Origin: Candidatus Binatia bacterium
Lineage (GTDB): Bacteria; Desulfobacterota; Binatia; HRBIN30
Direction: 5' to 3'
DNA: 64,000 bases
Assembly (NCBI GenBank): GCA_050015455.1
Contig: JBEKBJ010000009.1
Location: 8,508-72,507, forward strand
The notes beneath the pieces were generated by a model that saw only the letters and a program-made list of their open reading frames with translations, did not search any database and was not told the origin of the DNA. Positions 50,401-59,829 of the stretch are shown here, in pieces. The position numbers were made by a program, and so were the translations under genes. Position 1 is the stretch's first letter. The number at the start of each line of letters is the position of its first letter.

Positions 50401-51641
50401 AGCAAGTCCTGTGCGCCAAGCAGTAAGAAAGCATTGACGCCACCGTAGCCAAAATTCGATATCAGAGAGCGCCGAGGCCGCAACGATCGCGGGACGTTGG
50501 GGACGTAGTCCAAATCGCACTCCGGATCGGGTTCGATGAAGTTGATAGTTGCCGGAAGGATGCCGCGGGTCATCGCGAGCGCCGTTGCGCCCACCTGGAA
50601 CGCACCTGCCGCGCCGAAAGAATGGCCGAGCATCGACTTGATCGAGCTAATCGGGATCTGGTGGGCGCTCTCGCCAAAAGCGCGCTTTAGGACTCGCGTC
50701 TCCTTGCGATCCCAGTTCGGACACGAGCTGCCGTGGGCGCTGACGTACTCCACCTCGCCTGGAGAAACCTGGCTGCGCCGCAGCGAAGCCAGCAGTGTGG
50801 CGATGGCGATTTCACCCGTCGGCTCCAAAGCGTAGGCGTCCTGGGCCTCCGATCCAATGGCGTGCCCGAGCACCTCAGCGTAAAGGGGCGCGTCGCGCAG
50901 CTTAGCATGGGCCAACTCTTCGATGACCAGCACGGCGCTGCCCTCGCCGACGACAAGCCCCTCGTGGTCCTTATCGAAGGGGCGCGATGCCTCCTCGGGC
51001 GCGCCGTTCTTCTTGGCCAAGTCGCCTGCTCGGCACATTGCGGCAAAGACCAGCGGTGTTACAGGGCTCTCAGCGCCGCCGACAATGCACACGTCAAGAA
51101 CGCCCGACCGGATCAGGTCAGCACCCGCCGCGATGGCACAAAGGCCAGAGGCACACGCTGCTGACTGCGTGAAGTTTGCTCCCGCCGCCCTGGCTTCGCT
51201 CGCAACCTCGCTTACGGTCGAGTGATAATACGTTGCCAAAGTCAGAAACGGGTTGATCCGATTCGCCCCGCGCTCGAGCAGTATGGTGTGTTGCTTCTCC
51301 GCGTCGCTCAAGCTGCCAAGCGACGTTCCCAACACCACCCCGGCCCGCATCGGGTCATATCGCGGGCGCTCGAGGCCGGCGTCATTGAGCGCCAGGCGCG
51401 CTGCGCCCACTGCCATACGCGTCACGTGTGGCATGCGCCGGGCGCGTTTCGGCTCCAGAAGATCCACATAGCTTTCGTCGATGACCTCTGCTGCAATCCG
51501 CGAGGGGTAGCCCGAGGCGTCAAAGCGGGTCACCGGACCGACGCCGGAACGCCCTTCCATCAACCCCGACCAGAAGGCTTCCTTCCCGATACCGGTGGGG
51601 CCAACAACGCCGATGCCCGTAATGACGATGCGTCGCTGCAC
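50397..51641 (-). CDS. Beta-ketoacyl-ACP synthase (KAS family), paralog 2
   Basis: The region MQRRIVITGIGVVGPTGIG... is collinear with KAS enzymes and with the paralog at 46752. Confidence 0.85.
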   Translation of the reverse strand: MQRRIVITGIGVVGPTGIGKEAFWSGLMEGRSGVGPVTRFDASGYPSRIAAEVIDESYVDLLEPKRARRMPHVTRMAVGAARLALNDAGLERPRYDPMRAGVVLGTSLGSLSDAEKQHTILLERGANRINPFLTLATYYHSTVSEVASEARAAGANFTQSAACASGLCAIAAGADLIRSGVLDVCIVGGAESPVTPLVFAAMCRAGDLAKKNGAPEEASRPFDKDHEGLVVGEGSAVLVIEELAHAKLRDAPLYAEVLGHAIGSEAQDAYALEPTGEIAIATLLASLRRSQVSPGEVEYVSAHGSSCPNWDRKETRVLKRAFGESAHQIPISSIKSMLGHSFGAAGAFQVGATALAMTRGILPATINFIEPDPECDLDYVPNVPRSLRPRRSLISNFGYGGVNAFLLLGAQDLL

Positions 51642-51850
51642 GCTAGACTACCAGGGAGCGAGGCCACTGCACTTGGCGGCTGCGCTCGTCGACTCGCACA
51701 ATAGTGGGCATGCGGAGACGCTTGACCTGCATGCTTCGCCCTCAGCTCACTCCGGACCAAAGTGTACGGCGACACGGTTTGCACTGTCAAGCGAAACCGT
51801 ACTTGCGAAGCCACGGCAGCCCCGGCTTGGGGCTGTGAGAAACGGGAAGG

Positions 51851-54202
51851 TTAGTTCCCGGCGGTGGCTCGTATGCGGGCGGTGACAGGCCAGGCGTAGC
51901 CCATCGGTACCGCACCTAACATCTTCGGCCGCGTCGTGATGAACAACGCCGGGATGATCGTGAGCGTGGCCAACGCGCTAACGCCCATCATCAACGCCGT
52001 GAGCACGCCGAGATGAATCCAGGCGCCGAATCCCGAAAGCGGCAAAACCAAGTAGCCCAAGGCGACCGCTGACGAGACGAAAAAAATTGCCTTTCCCGAG
52101 GTGAGCAGGCTGGCACGCAGCGCCGCCGCCAGATCGCCATCGTGCTGCTGCAGCTCTTCCCGAACCCGGAAGATCAGGTAGATGGCGAAGTCGGCGCCGA
52201 TGCTGATCGCCGTCGAGGTGATGGCCGCCGTCGCCAGACTCAGCCAGGTGTGCGACCAGCCCATGATCCCGAGATTGACCACCACCGAAACCGCCAGTGG
52301 CGTTAGCACAATCAGACCACCGACGAACGACCGCAGGACCAGCGACGAAAGCAGAAAGATGATCACCGTCACTTGTATAACGTTCAGGATCTTCTCGCGC
52401 ACGATGACCTCGTTCATCGCCGTCTGTACGCCCAACGCGCCGCCGGCGAGATGCACCTCCGCCGGCAGTCCCTGAAAACGCTGCGTCACATAGGCGCCGA
52501 GATCGTTGAACAGCTCACGTCCAAACTCGGCACCGTCGGTCTTGGCGTAGGCGCGGATGACGGAGAGGCGGTGGGACGAATCGATGACCGAGGTGAAGTC
52601 GTTCGGTCCGGAGAGCGAATACAGAAAGAGGTATTGCGCGATCAGCCGCTTCGTATCGGGAATGGCGTAGTAGGCCGCGTCGTCATTGTTCATGGCCCGA
52701 TGCATGCGTTTGACGTAATCCGCCATCGAGGTGGCGGCACCGATTCCCTGCCGCTTTTCGAGAAAGTCCTCCACGTCGCTCATCGCCCGCAACACGCCGG
52801 GATCCTCGATGTCCCCTTCCTCTTGTCCCTCGACCAAGAGGGTCAAGGTCGACGTGCCGGCCAGGTGCTGGTTCAGCAACGCGTCCGCCTGGCGCACGGG
52901 TGAACTTGCGGGGAACCAGCCCTTGAAACTGTTATCGACCTTCAGTGACAGTGCCCCGATGAAGAACAGGACCACAACTGCCATGGAGACGAGCAGCACG
53001 GCCTGGGGCCGTCGCACCACCAGTGCGGCGATCCATTCCAATCCCGTCTTGAGAATCCACCCTTCTTTTTCGCGTGCGACCTCACGCCCGCGAGGGGCCG
53101 GCAGCATCGCCCGGCAGGCCGGCGTAAAGGTCATCTCGATTATCAACGCACTGACGATGCCGCAGGCCAGCAGCAAGCCGAAGACGCGCACGCTGGTCAC
53201 GCCGAAAGCCACCAGCGACCCGAATCCCGCCGACGCAATCAGTCCCGCGGTCAGCATCACCGGCCCGACCGCAGTGACCGAGCGGATGACGGCGAGCTTG
53301 CTGTCGCCTACCTGCGCGAACTCTTCATAGTAGCGCTTCAGGATCTGTACGGCATGGCCCGCGGCGATGGCGAGTATCACCACGGGGGTGACGGCGCTCC
53401 AGGTGTCCATTGGCTGACGCAGCCAACCCATGATGCCCAACGACCAGATGACGCTGAGCAAGGCCGTGGCCAAGGGCAAAAACACCGCCTGCAGGGTGCG
53501 GAAGGCTTCGTAGTGCACCAATCCGATGACCATGACGGCGATCGGAAACAGAATGGCCATCATCGCCGTGTAGCGTGCGGCTGAGGCGCGAATCATCGGC
53601 GCGCCACCCAACACCACGTCCGCATCCGCGTCCCGTTCGCCCGCGACCACCGATTCCACTTCGTCAACGATGGCCTCACCCGTGAGCTCGCCGTTGAAAT
53701 CGACGACGATCAGTGCCGCGCTGCCGTCGGCGGCGACCAAGGTCCCCTTGTAGAGTTTGTCGCTGAAGACTTCCTCTTTCAGCTGCGCGATGGCGGCGTC
53801 GTCGTGCGGCGCTTCGGCCATCAGCGGGCGCACCTCCATGCCGTCAGCGGTACCCTTGATGAATTTCACTCGCTCCGCTGCGATGCTCAGGACATTGTTG
53901 GCCACCGCACCCGGCAGTTGCCCGACGAGGCGCGTAATGCGCACAATCTTCTCGAGGATGGGCGGGGTGAAAATGTCCCCGTGGCGGGCGATGACACCGA
54001 TGATGAGTGTGGTCTCTCCGCCGAAAATGTCCGCGATGCGATTGTGGACTTGAACGTACGGATGACTCTGCGGCGTCAGCGCCCGCTGGCGGATCTCCAG
54101 GCGCACGTGGGGGAGCTGCGTCGCGAGCAGCGCCGTAGCCGTCAGAACCGCCATCAGCACCGCGAGGCGATGCCGCACGATGAACGTGACATACCGCTCC
54201 AT
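51851..54202 (-). CDS. MMPL/RND-superfamily exporter (lipid-exporter type, HpnN-like topology)
   Basis: There are two blocks of ~6 TM helices, each followed by a large periplasmic loop (12 TM in total). Size and pattern match MMPL proteins. I take the start at ATG 54202 (MERYVTF...). Confidence 0.75.
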   Translation of the reverse strand: MERYVTFIVRHRLAVLMAVLTATALLATQLPHVRLEIRQRALTPQSHPYVQVHNRIADIFGGETTLIIGVIARHGDIFTPPILEKIVRITRLVGQLPGAVANNVLSIAAERVKFIKGTADGMEVRPLMAEAPHDDAAIAQLKEEVFSDKLYKGTLVAADGSAALIVVDFNGELTGEAIVDEVESVVAGERDADADVVLGGAPMIRASAARYTAMMAILFPIAVMVIGLVHYEAFRTLQAVFLPLATALLSVIWSLGIMGWLRQPMDTWSAVTPVVILAIAAGHAVQILKRYYEEFAQVGDSKLAVIRSVTAVGPVMLTAGLIASAGFGSLVAFGVTSVRVFGLLLACGIVSALIIEMTFTPACRAMLPAPRGREVAREKEGWILKTGLEWIAALVVRRPQAVLLVSMAVVVLFFIGALSLKVDNSFKGWFPASSPVRQADALLNQHLAGTSTLTLLVEGQEEGDIEDPGVLRAMSDVEDFLEKRQGIGAATSMADYVKRMHRAMNNDDAAYYAIPDTKRLIAQYLFLYSLSGPNDFTSVIDSSHRLSVIRAYAKTDGAEFGRELFNDLGAYVTQRFQGLPAEVHLAGGALGVQTAMNEVIVREKILNVIQVTVIIFLLSSLVLRSFVGGLIVLTPLAVSVVVNLGIMGWSHTWLSLATAAITSTAISIGADFAIYLIFRVREELQQHDGDLAAALRASLLTSGKAIFFVSSAVALGYLVLPLSGFGAWIHLGVLTALMMGVSALATLTIIPALFITTRPKMLGAVPMGYAWPVTARIRATAGN

Positions 54203-54292
54203 CACGCGCTCCGAGCTTTTAAACTGAGCGCACATACTACTTTTTGGCTCCGTCAACAAGGATAACTTGTACTCGCTGCCTGCGTGGGGCCG

Positions 54293-55306
54293 TCACAGCC
54301 TTTCGATCGCGGCGGCGATTTCGCGCGTGACGCCGTCGCGCACGGCCTTGGCTGCCACCTTGATAGCGTTCTTGATGGCGCCGGCGTTTGAGCGGCCGTG
54401 CGATTTGATCATGAGGTGCTCGAAGCCGAGGATCGGCGCCCCGCCGTACGCGGCGTAGTCAGTGAGATCCCGCAAGCGGCCGAAACTGTTCGCCAACATG
54501 AAGAAGCCCAGCTTCCAGCGCCAATTGTCGCGGCGCGCCGTTCCCGCTAGGTCAACGACCACTTCGGCTAAGCCCTCCAGCAACTTTAGCACAACATTGC
54601 CGAGCAGCCCCTCGCAGACGATAACGTCCGCCTTGCCTTTGGCGAGGTCGTTGCCTTCGATGTTGCCGACGAAGTTGAGGTCTGGAATGCGCTTGAGGTA
54701 ACGGTGCGCGTTGACAAGGGCGTCGCCTCCTTTGGTCTCCTCGGCGCCCATGTTGAGCAGAGCCACCCGTGGGCTCGGTACCTTGGAGACGTGGCGCGCA
54801 TAGGCACTGCCCATCAAGGCGAACTGCACGAGTTCCGTGGTATCACAACGGATGGTTGCGCCGACATCGAGCAACAGCGCCAGTTGATCCTGGCCGGGGT
54901 ACTCGGTCTGGCGCGGATACACGCTGGCCAGCGCTGCCTTGCGTACGCCGCGGACTATCTTGAAGTGTTGTCCGCAAGCCAGCACGGCGGCGCCCGTGTT
55001 GCCGGCGGTCACTACAGCGTCGGCCTCCCCTTCGGACACCAATCGCGCTGCCACCAGCACGGAGGCGTTGCGCTTCTGCCGCAGCGTGCGCTTCGGGTCC
55101 TCCGCCATGGAAATGAAATCGCGGGTGTGGTGGACACCGATGTGCGCCGGGTTGTAGGGAACGCGATCGAGAGCGGCCTGGATCTGCGCCTCGTCGCCCA
55201 CTAGCGTGCAGTGGATGTCAGTCTCAAGCGAAGCCTGCGCCACACCTTTGACTACCTCTTCGGGAGCGAGATCCCCGCCCATGGCATCAACAGCAATGGT
55301 CGGCAT
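54293..55306 (-). CDS. plsX: Phosphate acyltransferase PlsX
   Basis: The motifs IAVDAMGGD ... GNTGA ... GFEHLMIKSHG match the PlsX family. The start is ATG 55306 (MPTIAVDAMGGD). Confidence 0.85.
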   Translation of the reverse strand: MPTIAVDAMGGDLAPEEVVKGVAQASLETDIHCTLVGDEAQIQAALDRVPYNPAHIGVHHTRDFISMAEDPKRTLRQKRNASVLVAARLVSEGEADAVVTAGNTGAAVLACGQHFKIVRGVRKAALASVYPRQTEYPGQDQLALLLDVGATIRCDTTELVQFALMGSAYARHVSKVPSPRVALLNMGAEETKGGDALVNAHRYLKRIPDLNFVGNIEGNDLAKGKADVIVCEGLLGNVVLKLLEGLAEVVVDLAGTARRDNWRWKLGFFMLANSFGRLRDLTDYAAYGGAPILGFEHLMIKSHGRSNAGAIKNAIKVAAKAVRDGVTREIAAAIERL

Positions 55307-55411
55307 AGCTGGGAATGACTCCTCAACGGCTGTTTGCATACCGTCAGCCGGCGGAGTTGACAATATTGCGTCCTTTCTCTAACCAAGTAGTTCGTTCGGC
55401 TGGAGACCAGC

Positions 55412-55747
55412 ATGAGCTATGCAGTGATTCGTACCGGCGGGAAGCAGTACCGCGTGGCCCTCGGAGACGTCATCCGAGTGGAGAAGCTAGGCGGCGATCC
55501 AGGGGCGGAAGTCGAGTTCCGGGAAGTGCTGATGACCGCAGATGGCGATGCGGTGCGGCTAGGCACGCCGCTGGTGGCGGGCGCGCGGGTCGCCGGACAG
55601 GTGCTCGAGCACGGCAAGGCCAAGAAGATCATGGTCTTCAAGAAGAAGCGGCGCAAGAACTACCGTCGGCATCAAGGGCACCGGCAGGAGTTCACTGCGG
55701 TACGGGTGACCAACATCGAAACGGGGGCAGAGAGTCATGGCCCATAA
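55412..55747 (+). CDS. rplU: 50S ribosomal protein L21
   Basis: [15 protein letters not shown]... matches the canonical L21 N-terminus. Confidence 0.9.
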   Translation: MSYAVIRTGGKQYRVALGDVIRVEKLGGDPGAEVEFREVLMTADGDAVRLGTPLVAGARVAGQVLEHGKAKKIMVFKKKRRKNYRRHQGHRQEFTAVRVTNIETGAESHGP

Positions 55748-55991
55748 GAAAGGGCAAGGCAGTACTCGCAACGGACGCGACAGCCACGGCCAACGCCGCG
55801 GCGTGAAGGTCTTTGCGGGACAGTTTGCGAAAGCCGGCAACATCCTCGTGCGCCAGGTCGGGACGCGGGTGCACCCGGGCAAGAACGTCGGTATGGGCCG
55901 CGATTTCACGCTGTTTGCCAAGATCGACGGCATCGTTAGCTACGAGCGCGTTGGCAAGGACCGCCGTCAGGCCCACATCTTTCCAGCATAG
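55737..55991 (+). CDS. rpmA: 50S ribosomal protein L27
   Basis: [23 protein letters not shown]... matches the canonical L27. Confidence 0.9.
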   Translation: MAHKKGQGSTRNGRDSHGQRRGVKVFAGQFAKAGNILVRQVGTRVHPGKNVGMGRDFTLFAKIDGIVSYERVGKDRRQAHIFPA

Positions 55992-56111
55992 CTGCATTTG
56001 TCATGCCCGCGAAAGCGGGCGTCCAAGCGCAGGCGGCGCCCTCCAGGTCGAAGCGCGGGCTCGCCGCTTTCCTTTTCGGGGTGTCGTCGCTAACCTCCGC
56101 TAGCAGGCGAG

Positions 56112-56201
56112 ATGAAATTCATCGATGAAGCCGAAGTCGACGTGCGAGCCGGCGACGGCGGGCGCGGGTCTCCTCTTGGACAGGGGACAGGGCGAAGGTG
56201 A
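56112..56201 (+). pseudogene. obg: Remnant of the Obg GTPase gene (first ~19 codons recognisable, then stop after 29 codons)
   Basis: MKFIDEAEVDVRAGDGGRGS matches the invariant Obg N-terminus (MKFVDE..I.V.AGDGG.G), then diverges to PLGQGTGRR*. It sits at the canonical rplU-rpmA-obg-proB position, immediately before proB. Confidence 0.45.
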
Positions 56202-56210
56202 GGGCCTGCG

Positions 56211-57389
56211 GTGAGTAGCCAAGCGTCCTCCAGCTTGCACCTCACGCACAAGCAGCGCCTGCTCAAGCGCGTCCGCCGCGCTGTCATCAAGATCGGCAGC
56301 AGCATCCTCTCCGGCCAGACCGGCATCAATCGCCTGCGGCTGCGCTCGCTGGCAGAAGAGATCTGCGCCCTGCACCAACGCGGCGTAGAGTTGGTGGTGG
56401 TGAGTTCGGGCGCGGTCGCGGCCGGGATGGCCCGCCTCGGTGTGACGGAACGCCCGAAGAGCATGCCGCAACGACAAGCCGCGGCGGCCGTCGGGCAGAT
56501 CGATCTGATGGCGCTGTACAAAGAGTACTTCGCGCTGCACGCGACGCAGGTGGCGCAGATACTCCTGACCCACGACGACCTGGCGGACCGCAGTCGCTAT
56601 CTCAACGCGCGGCACACCATCGAGACCCTAATCGCGGCTGGCGTAGTGCCCGTAGCCAACGAAAACGACACGGTCGTGATCGACGAACTGATGAGGAATT
56701 TTGGCGATAACGACAACCTCTCTGCGCTGATTGCTGGCCTGGTAGAAGGGGACCTTTTGGTGCTGCTGAGTGATGTTGCTGGACTGTATACGGAAGATCC
56801 GCACGCACATCCCGACGCCCAACTGGTGGCGGTGGTCGAGGATGCCAGCCGGGCCGCTGCCTCCTGTGCCATGGACGGGCGCGGCGCGCTCGGCACCGGC
56901 GGGATGGCATCGAAGTTCGCGGCCGCCAGAAAGGCGGCGGCGGCCGGCATCCCGACCGTCATTGCCGACGGACTGCACGCCGGAGTGCTGCCGGCGGTGT
57001 TCGACCCTCGCCAGGCAGTGGGTACACTCATCCTGCCCAGAGGCGACCGGCTGGCTCGGCGCAAGCACTGGATCGCGTACACGCTGAAGCCCGCCGGCAC
57101 GCTCATCGTCGATCAAGGCGCGTTCGAGGCGATCGTGCAGAAGGGGCGCAGTCTGTTGCCGAAGGGCCTGAAGGAAGTGCAGGGGAAGTTCGGCAGCGGC
57201 GAGTGCGTCCGCTGCGTCGATCTATCCGGCCGTGAGTTCGCGCGTGGCCTGGTGAACTACAGTGCCGGCGATCTGGAGAAGATCAAGGGCGCCCATTCGG
57301 CGCGCATCGAGAGCATCCTCGGTTACCAGCTCACCGACGAAGTCATCCACCGCAATGATCTCGTCCTGACCGGCAGTCCGGAGTCCTGA
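56211..57389 (+). CDS. proB: Glutamate 5-kinase with a C-terminal PUA domain
   Basis: The amino-acid-kinase fold motifs VIKIGSS ... VVVSSGAVAAG are present, and a PUA-like domain lies at the C-terminus. Confidence 0.9.
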   Translation: MSSQASSSLHLTHKQRLLKRVRRAVIKIGSSILSGQTGINRLRLRSLAEEICALHQRGVELVVVSSGAVAAGMARLGVTERPKSMPQRQAAAAVGQIDLMALYKEYFALHATQVAQILLTHDDLADRSRYLNARHTIETLIAAGVVPVANENDTVVIDELMRNFGDNDNLSALIAGLVEGDLLVLLSDVAGLYTEDPHAHPDAQLVAVVEDASRAAASCAMDGRGALGTGGMASKFAAARKAAAAGIPTVIADGLHAGVLPAVFDPRQAVGTLILPRGDRLARRKHWIAYTLKPAGTLIVDQGAFEAIVQKGRSLLPKGLKEVQGKFGSGECVRCVDLSGREFARGLVNYSAGDLEKIKGAHSARIESILGYQLTDEVIHRNDLVLTGSPES

Positions 57390-57446
57390 GCGCCGTGTCC
57401 TGAAGGGGAATCACCGGTCAGGCCGTGAACCGTGTGGGGGGGGGCG

Positions 57447-58100
57447 TTACATGACCCGCAGACCGGCAATCTTCACCGCTCCACGATGGTAGCCCGAAGG
57501 GAACAGCTTTTCGAGCTCGTCGATCTCCATCCCGCACTTGGTACAGGTTTCAAGTACCGTGGGCACAATACCGGTGCGGGCGTGCTCGTCCCGTAAGAAA
57601 TGAATGACCTGCCGGTGTGCCTCCGTAAGCTGGCCGGCGATGCCCAACTCGGCGGCTTTGCCGGCGGCGAACCTCTCGTCCCACTCGGACGGGTCCCGCA
57701 GAAAACCCATGGCGTTCACCCGGTAAGTCTTCTCCTGGATGCCTCCGGCGCGGGCTGGCTCAGCCGTTGTGACCCGTGGTTCGGTCGTCACTCCCTCCAG
57801 ATAGGTCAGACCGGCCAGCTTGCAGGCTCCCCGCAGGTAGCCGGTCGGAAAGAGACGTCCCAGATCGGCGAGCTTCAAGTTGTTCTGCCGGCAGGTCTGG
57901 TAAACCAGGGGGCAGCGACCGGTCTCTTTTGCGGCGGCGCGCAGAAAGCGAATCACCTTCCAGTGCTCTTCCGTCAAACCCTCCGACATCCCGAGTTTGA
58001 GGGCCATTCCCCGGGCAAAGTTTTCGTCCCATTGTTCGGGAGCGACGAGAAAGCCCAAAATATCCGTCTCATAAGTTTTGCCGCCGTACTGAAATTCCAT
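57447..58100 (-). CDS. Tandem-duplicated DsrC/TusE-family protein lacking the C-terminal sulfur-accepting cysteines
   Basis: Two ~105-aa repeats are each collinear with TusE/DsrC (GKxYETD.LGFL..P.QWDE.FA...A...G..LTE.HW.VI.FLR .... LFP.GY.RGA.K.AGL). They end ...LEG and ...LRVM, with no penultimate Cys. Confidence 0.7.
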   Translation of the reverse strand: MEFQYGGKTYETDILGFLVAPEQWDENFARGMALKLGMSEGLTEEHWKVIRFLRAAAKETGRCPLVYQTCRQNNLKLADLGRLFPTGYLRGACKLAGLTYLEGVTTEPRVTTAEPARAGGIQEKTYRVNAMGFLRDPSEWDERFAAGKAAELGIAGQLTEAHRQVIHFLRDEHARTGIVPTVLETCTKCGMEIDELEKLFPSGYHRGAVKIAGLRVM

Positions 58101-58151
58101 GTCAGCCTCCTGGGGGAAGTGTTCTTGTTTCGTTCATCGGGTCCCAAGCCG

Positions 58152-59327
58152 TCAGGCGCGTTCACGGATCCGAGCCACCGCCTCCAGGGCCGCATCCACT
58201 TCAGCCTCGGTGGTCGAGTATCCCAGGGAAAAACGCACGGTCCCGAAAGGCATGGTCCCGATGGTCCGGTGAGCCCCCGGTGCGCAATGGAGGCCGGTGC
58301 GGGTCAGAACCCCGAAACGCACATCCAGGAGGAAACCGACGTCAGTCGGCTCCATGCCATCCACGGTGATCGAGACGATGCTCACGGCTCGGTCGGCCTC
58401 CTCAGGACCGTAGACCCGCACGTAGGGGATCGCGCGCAAGCCGTCGCGGAAACGCCGCCACAAAGCCATCTCGTGGGCACGCACTGACTCTACGCCCCGC
58501 GCGAGGAGGAACTCCACACCCGCCTTGAGGCCGGCCAGACCATGGCCGTTGAGGGTACCGGCCTCGAATCTGTCGGGGAGGAATCCAGGTTGTCTGTCCG
58601 ATTCGGACACCGTGCCGGTGCCGCCTCGTTTGAACGGTTGAATGCGGGGGGCAACGTCGGGATGGACCACCAACCCTCCGGTCCCCTGCGGCCCGAGCAG
58701 AGACTTGTGGCCGGTGAAGGCCAAAACGCTCAAACCCAACTCCTGAAAGTTGACGGGATAGGCCCCGCATATCTGGGCCGCATCAACAATGAAGGGGATT
58801 TTGCGGCTGCGGCAAGCCCGCGCCACCGGTTCGATCTCCTGAAGGCTCCCCATGACGTTGCTGGCCCAGACCATGACCACGAACTGGGTGTCGTCCCTAA
58901 GGGCCTGGATGATCTCGTGGCTATCGCACAACCCCCGTTCATCAGCGGGCACGGTAATGATCCTGCACCCGTACCGCTCGCGTAGGTCCGCCAACGGGCG
59001 ACGCACGGAGTTGTGCTCGAGCATTGTGGTAACGATGCTCCCCCCGGGCTCGGCCAGGCCATAGATGGCCAGGTTGAGCGCCTCGGTCGCGTTGAGCCCG
59101 AAACAGACCCATTCGGGGGCACCGGCCCCCAGCAGCCTGGCGAGAGCCTCCCTGACCCCGTCAAGGAGTTCCGCAGATTCGATGCTCTTGCGGTGGGAGC
59201 TGCGCCCTCCTGAGCCGCCGATCTCCCGGGCAAAGGAGTCCATGGCGGCGTAGACCGACTCTGGCTTGGGAAAACTGGTGGCGGCGTTGTCCAGGTAAAT
59301 GACCTGGTCGTTTCCCTCGTGACTCAT
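58152..59327 (-). CDS. Class-V aminotransferase / cysteine desulfurase-like (SufS/CsdA-type)
   Basis: The PLP-Lys context TGHKSLLGPQGTGGL and the active-site-like RTGLHCAPG near the C-terminus are present. The start is ATG 59327, or alternatively GTG 59360. Confidence 0.7.
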   Translation of the reverse strand: MSHEGNDQVIYLDNAATSFPKPESVYAAMDSFAREIGGSGGRSSHRKSIESAELLDGVREALARLLGAGAPEWVCFGLNATEALNLAIYGLAEPGGSIVTTMLEHNSVRRPLADLRERYGCRIITVPADERGLCDSHEIIQALRDDTQFVVMVWASNVMGSLQEIEPVARACRSRKIPFIVDAAQICGAYPVNFQELGLSVLAFTGHKSLLGPQGTGGLVVHPDVAPRIQPFKRGGTGTVSESDRQPGFLPDRFEAGTLNGHGLAGLKAGVEFLLARGVESVRAHEMALWRRFRDGLRAIPYVRVYGPEEADRAVSIVSITVDGMEPTDVGFLLDVRFGVLTRTGLHCAPGAHRTIGTMPFGTVRFSLGYSTTEAEVDAALEAVARIRERA

Positions 59328-59364
59328 GGATTTGGCTTCTTCTCCTTTATGAAAGGACACTACT

Positions 59365-59751
59365 CTACGAGCCCAGATGCTGCTTGACCATGGTCAGCAT
59401 CTTCTCCCTATCTACGGGCTTCGACAGGTAGCCCTCGGGCGGCGGCACCTGCCGGCGGGTAGAGATGAACCTCTCGAACTCCGTGGAGATGCCGGTAACG
59501 ATGATAATTGGAATGCTCTTCCACTTCTCGCTCTCTTTCATGTCCCGGTAGAACCTGACGCCGCTCTTGTGGGGCATGGTGATGTCCAGGGTGATGAGGT
59601 CTGGAGGGCTGGCCTTGACCTTTTCGAGTGCCTGATCGCCGTCCTCCGCTGCAACGGTGTCGTACCCGGCGTCCCCGAACAGTGTGCTGAGGTACGTGAC
59701 GGTATCGGGCTCGTCTTCAACGATCAGGATAGTCTTCTTATTTTCGGCCAT
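59365..59751 (-). CDS. Stand-alone response-regulator receiver domain (CheY-like)
   Basis: ILIVEDEPD ... DLITLDITMP ... IIIVTG ... LSKP. Confidence 0.8.
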   Translation of the reverse strand: MAENKKTILIVEDEPDTVTYLSTLFGDAGYDTVAAEDGDQALEKVKASPPDLITLDITMPHKSGVRFYRDMKESEKWKSIPIIIVTGISTEFERFISTRRQVPPPEGYLSKPVDREKMLTMVKQHLGS

Positions 59752-59829
59752 GTTTGTCTCTTCCTTCAGTCTGGGGAGACCCTCACCCGGGGTGCTCCGT
59801 GGGTTTTCGCAAGGCTACCGCATCGATGT

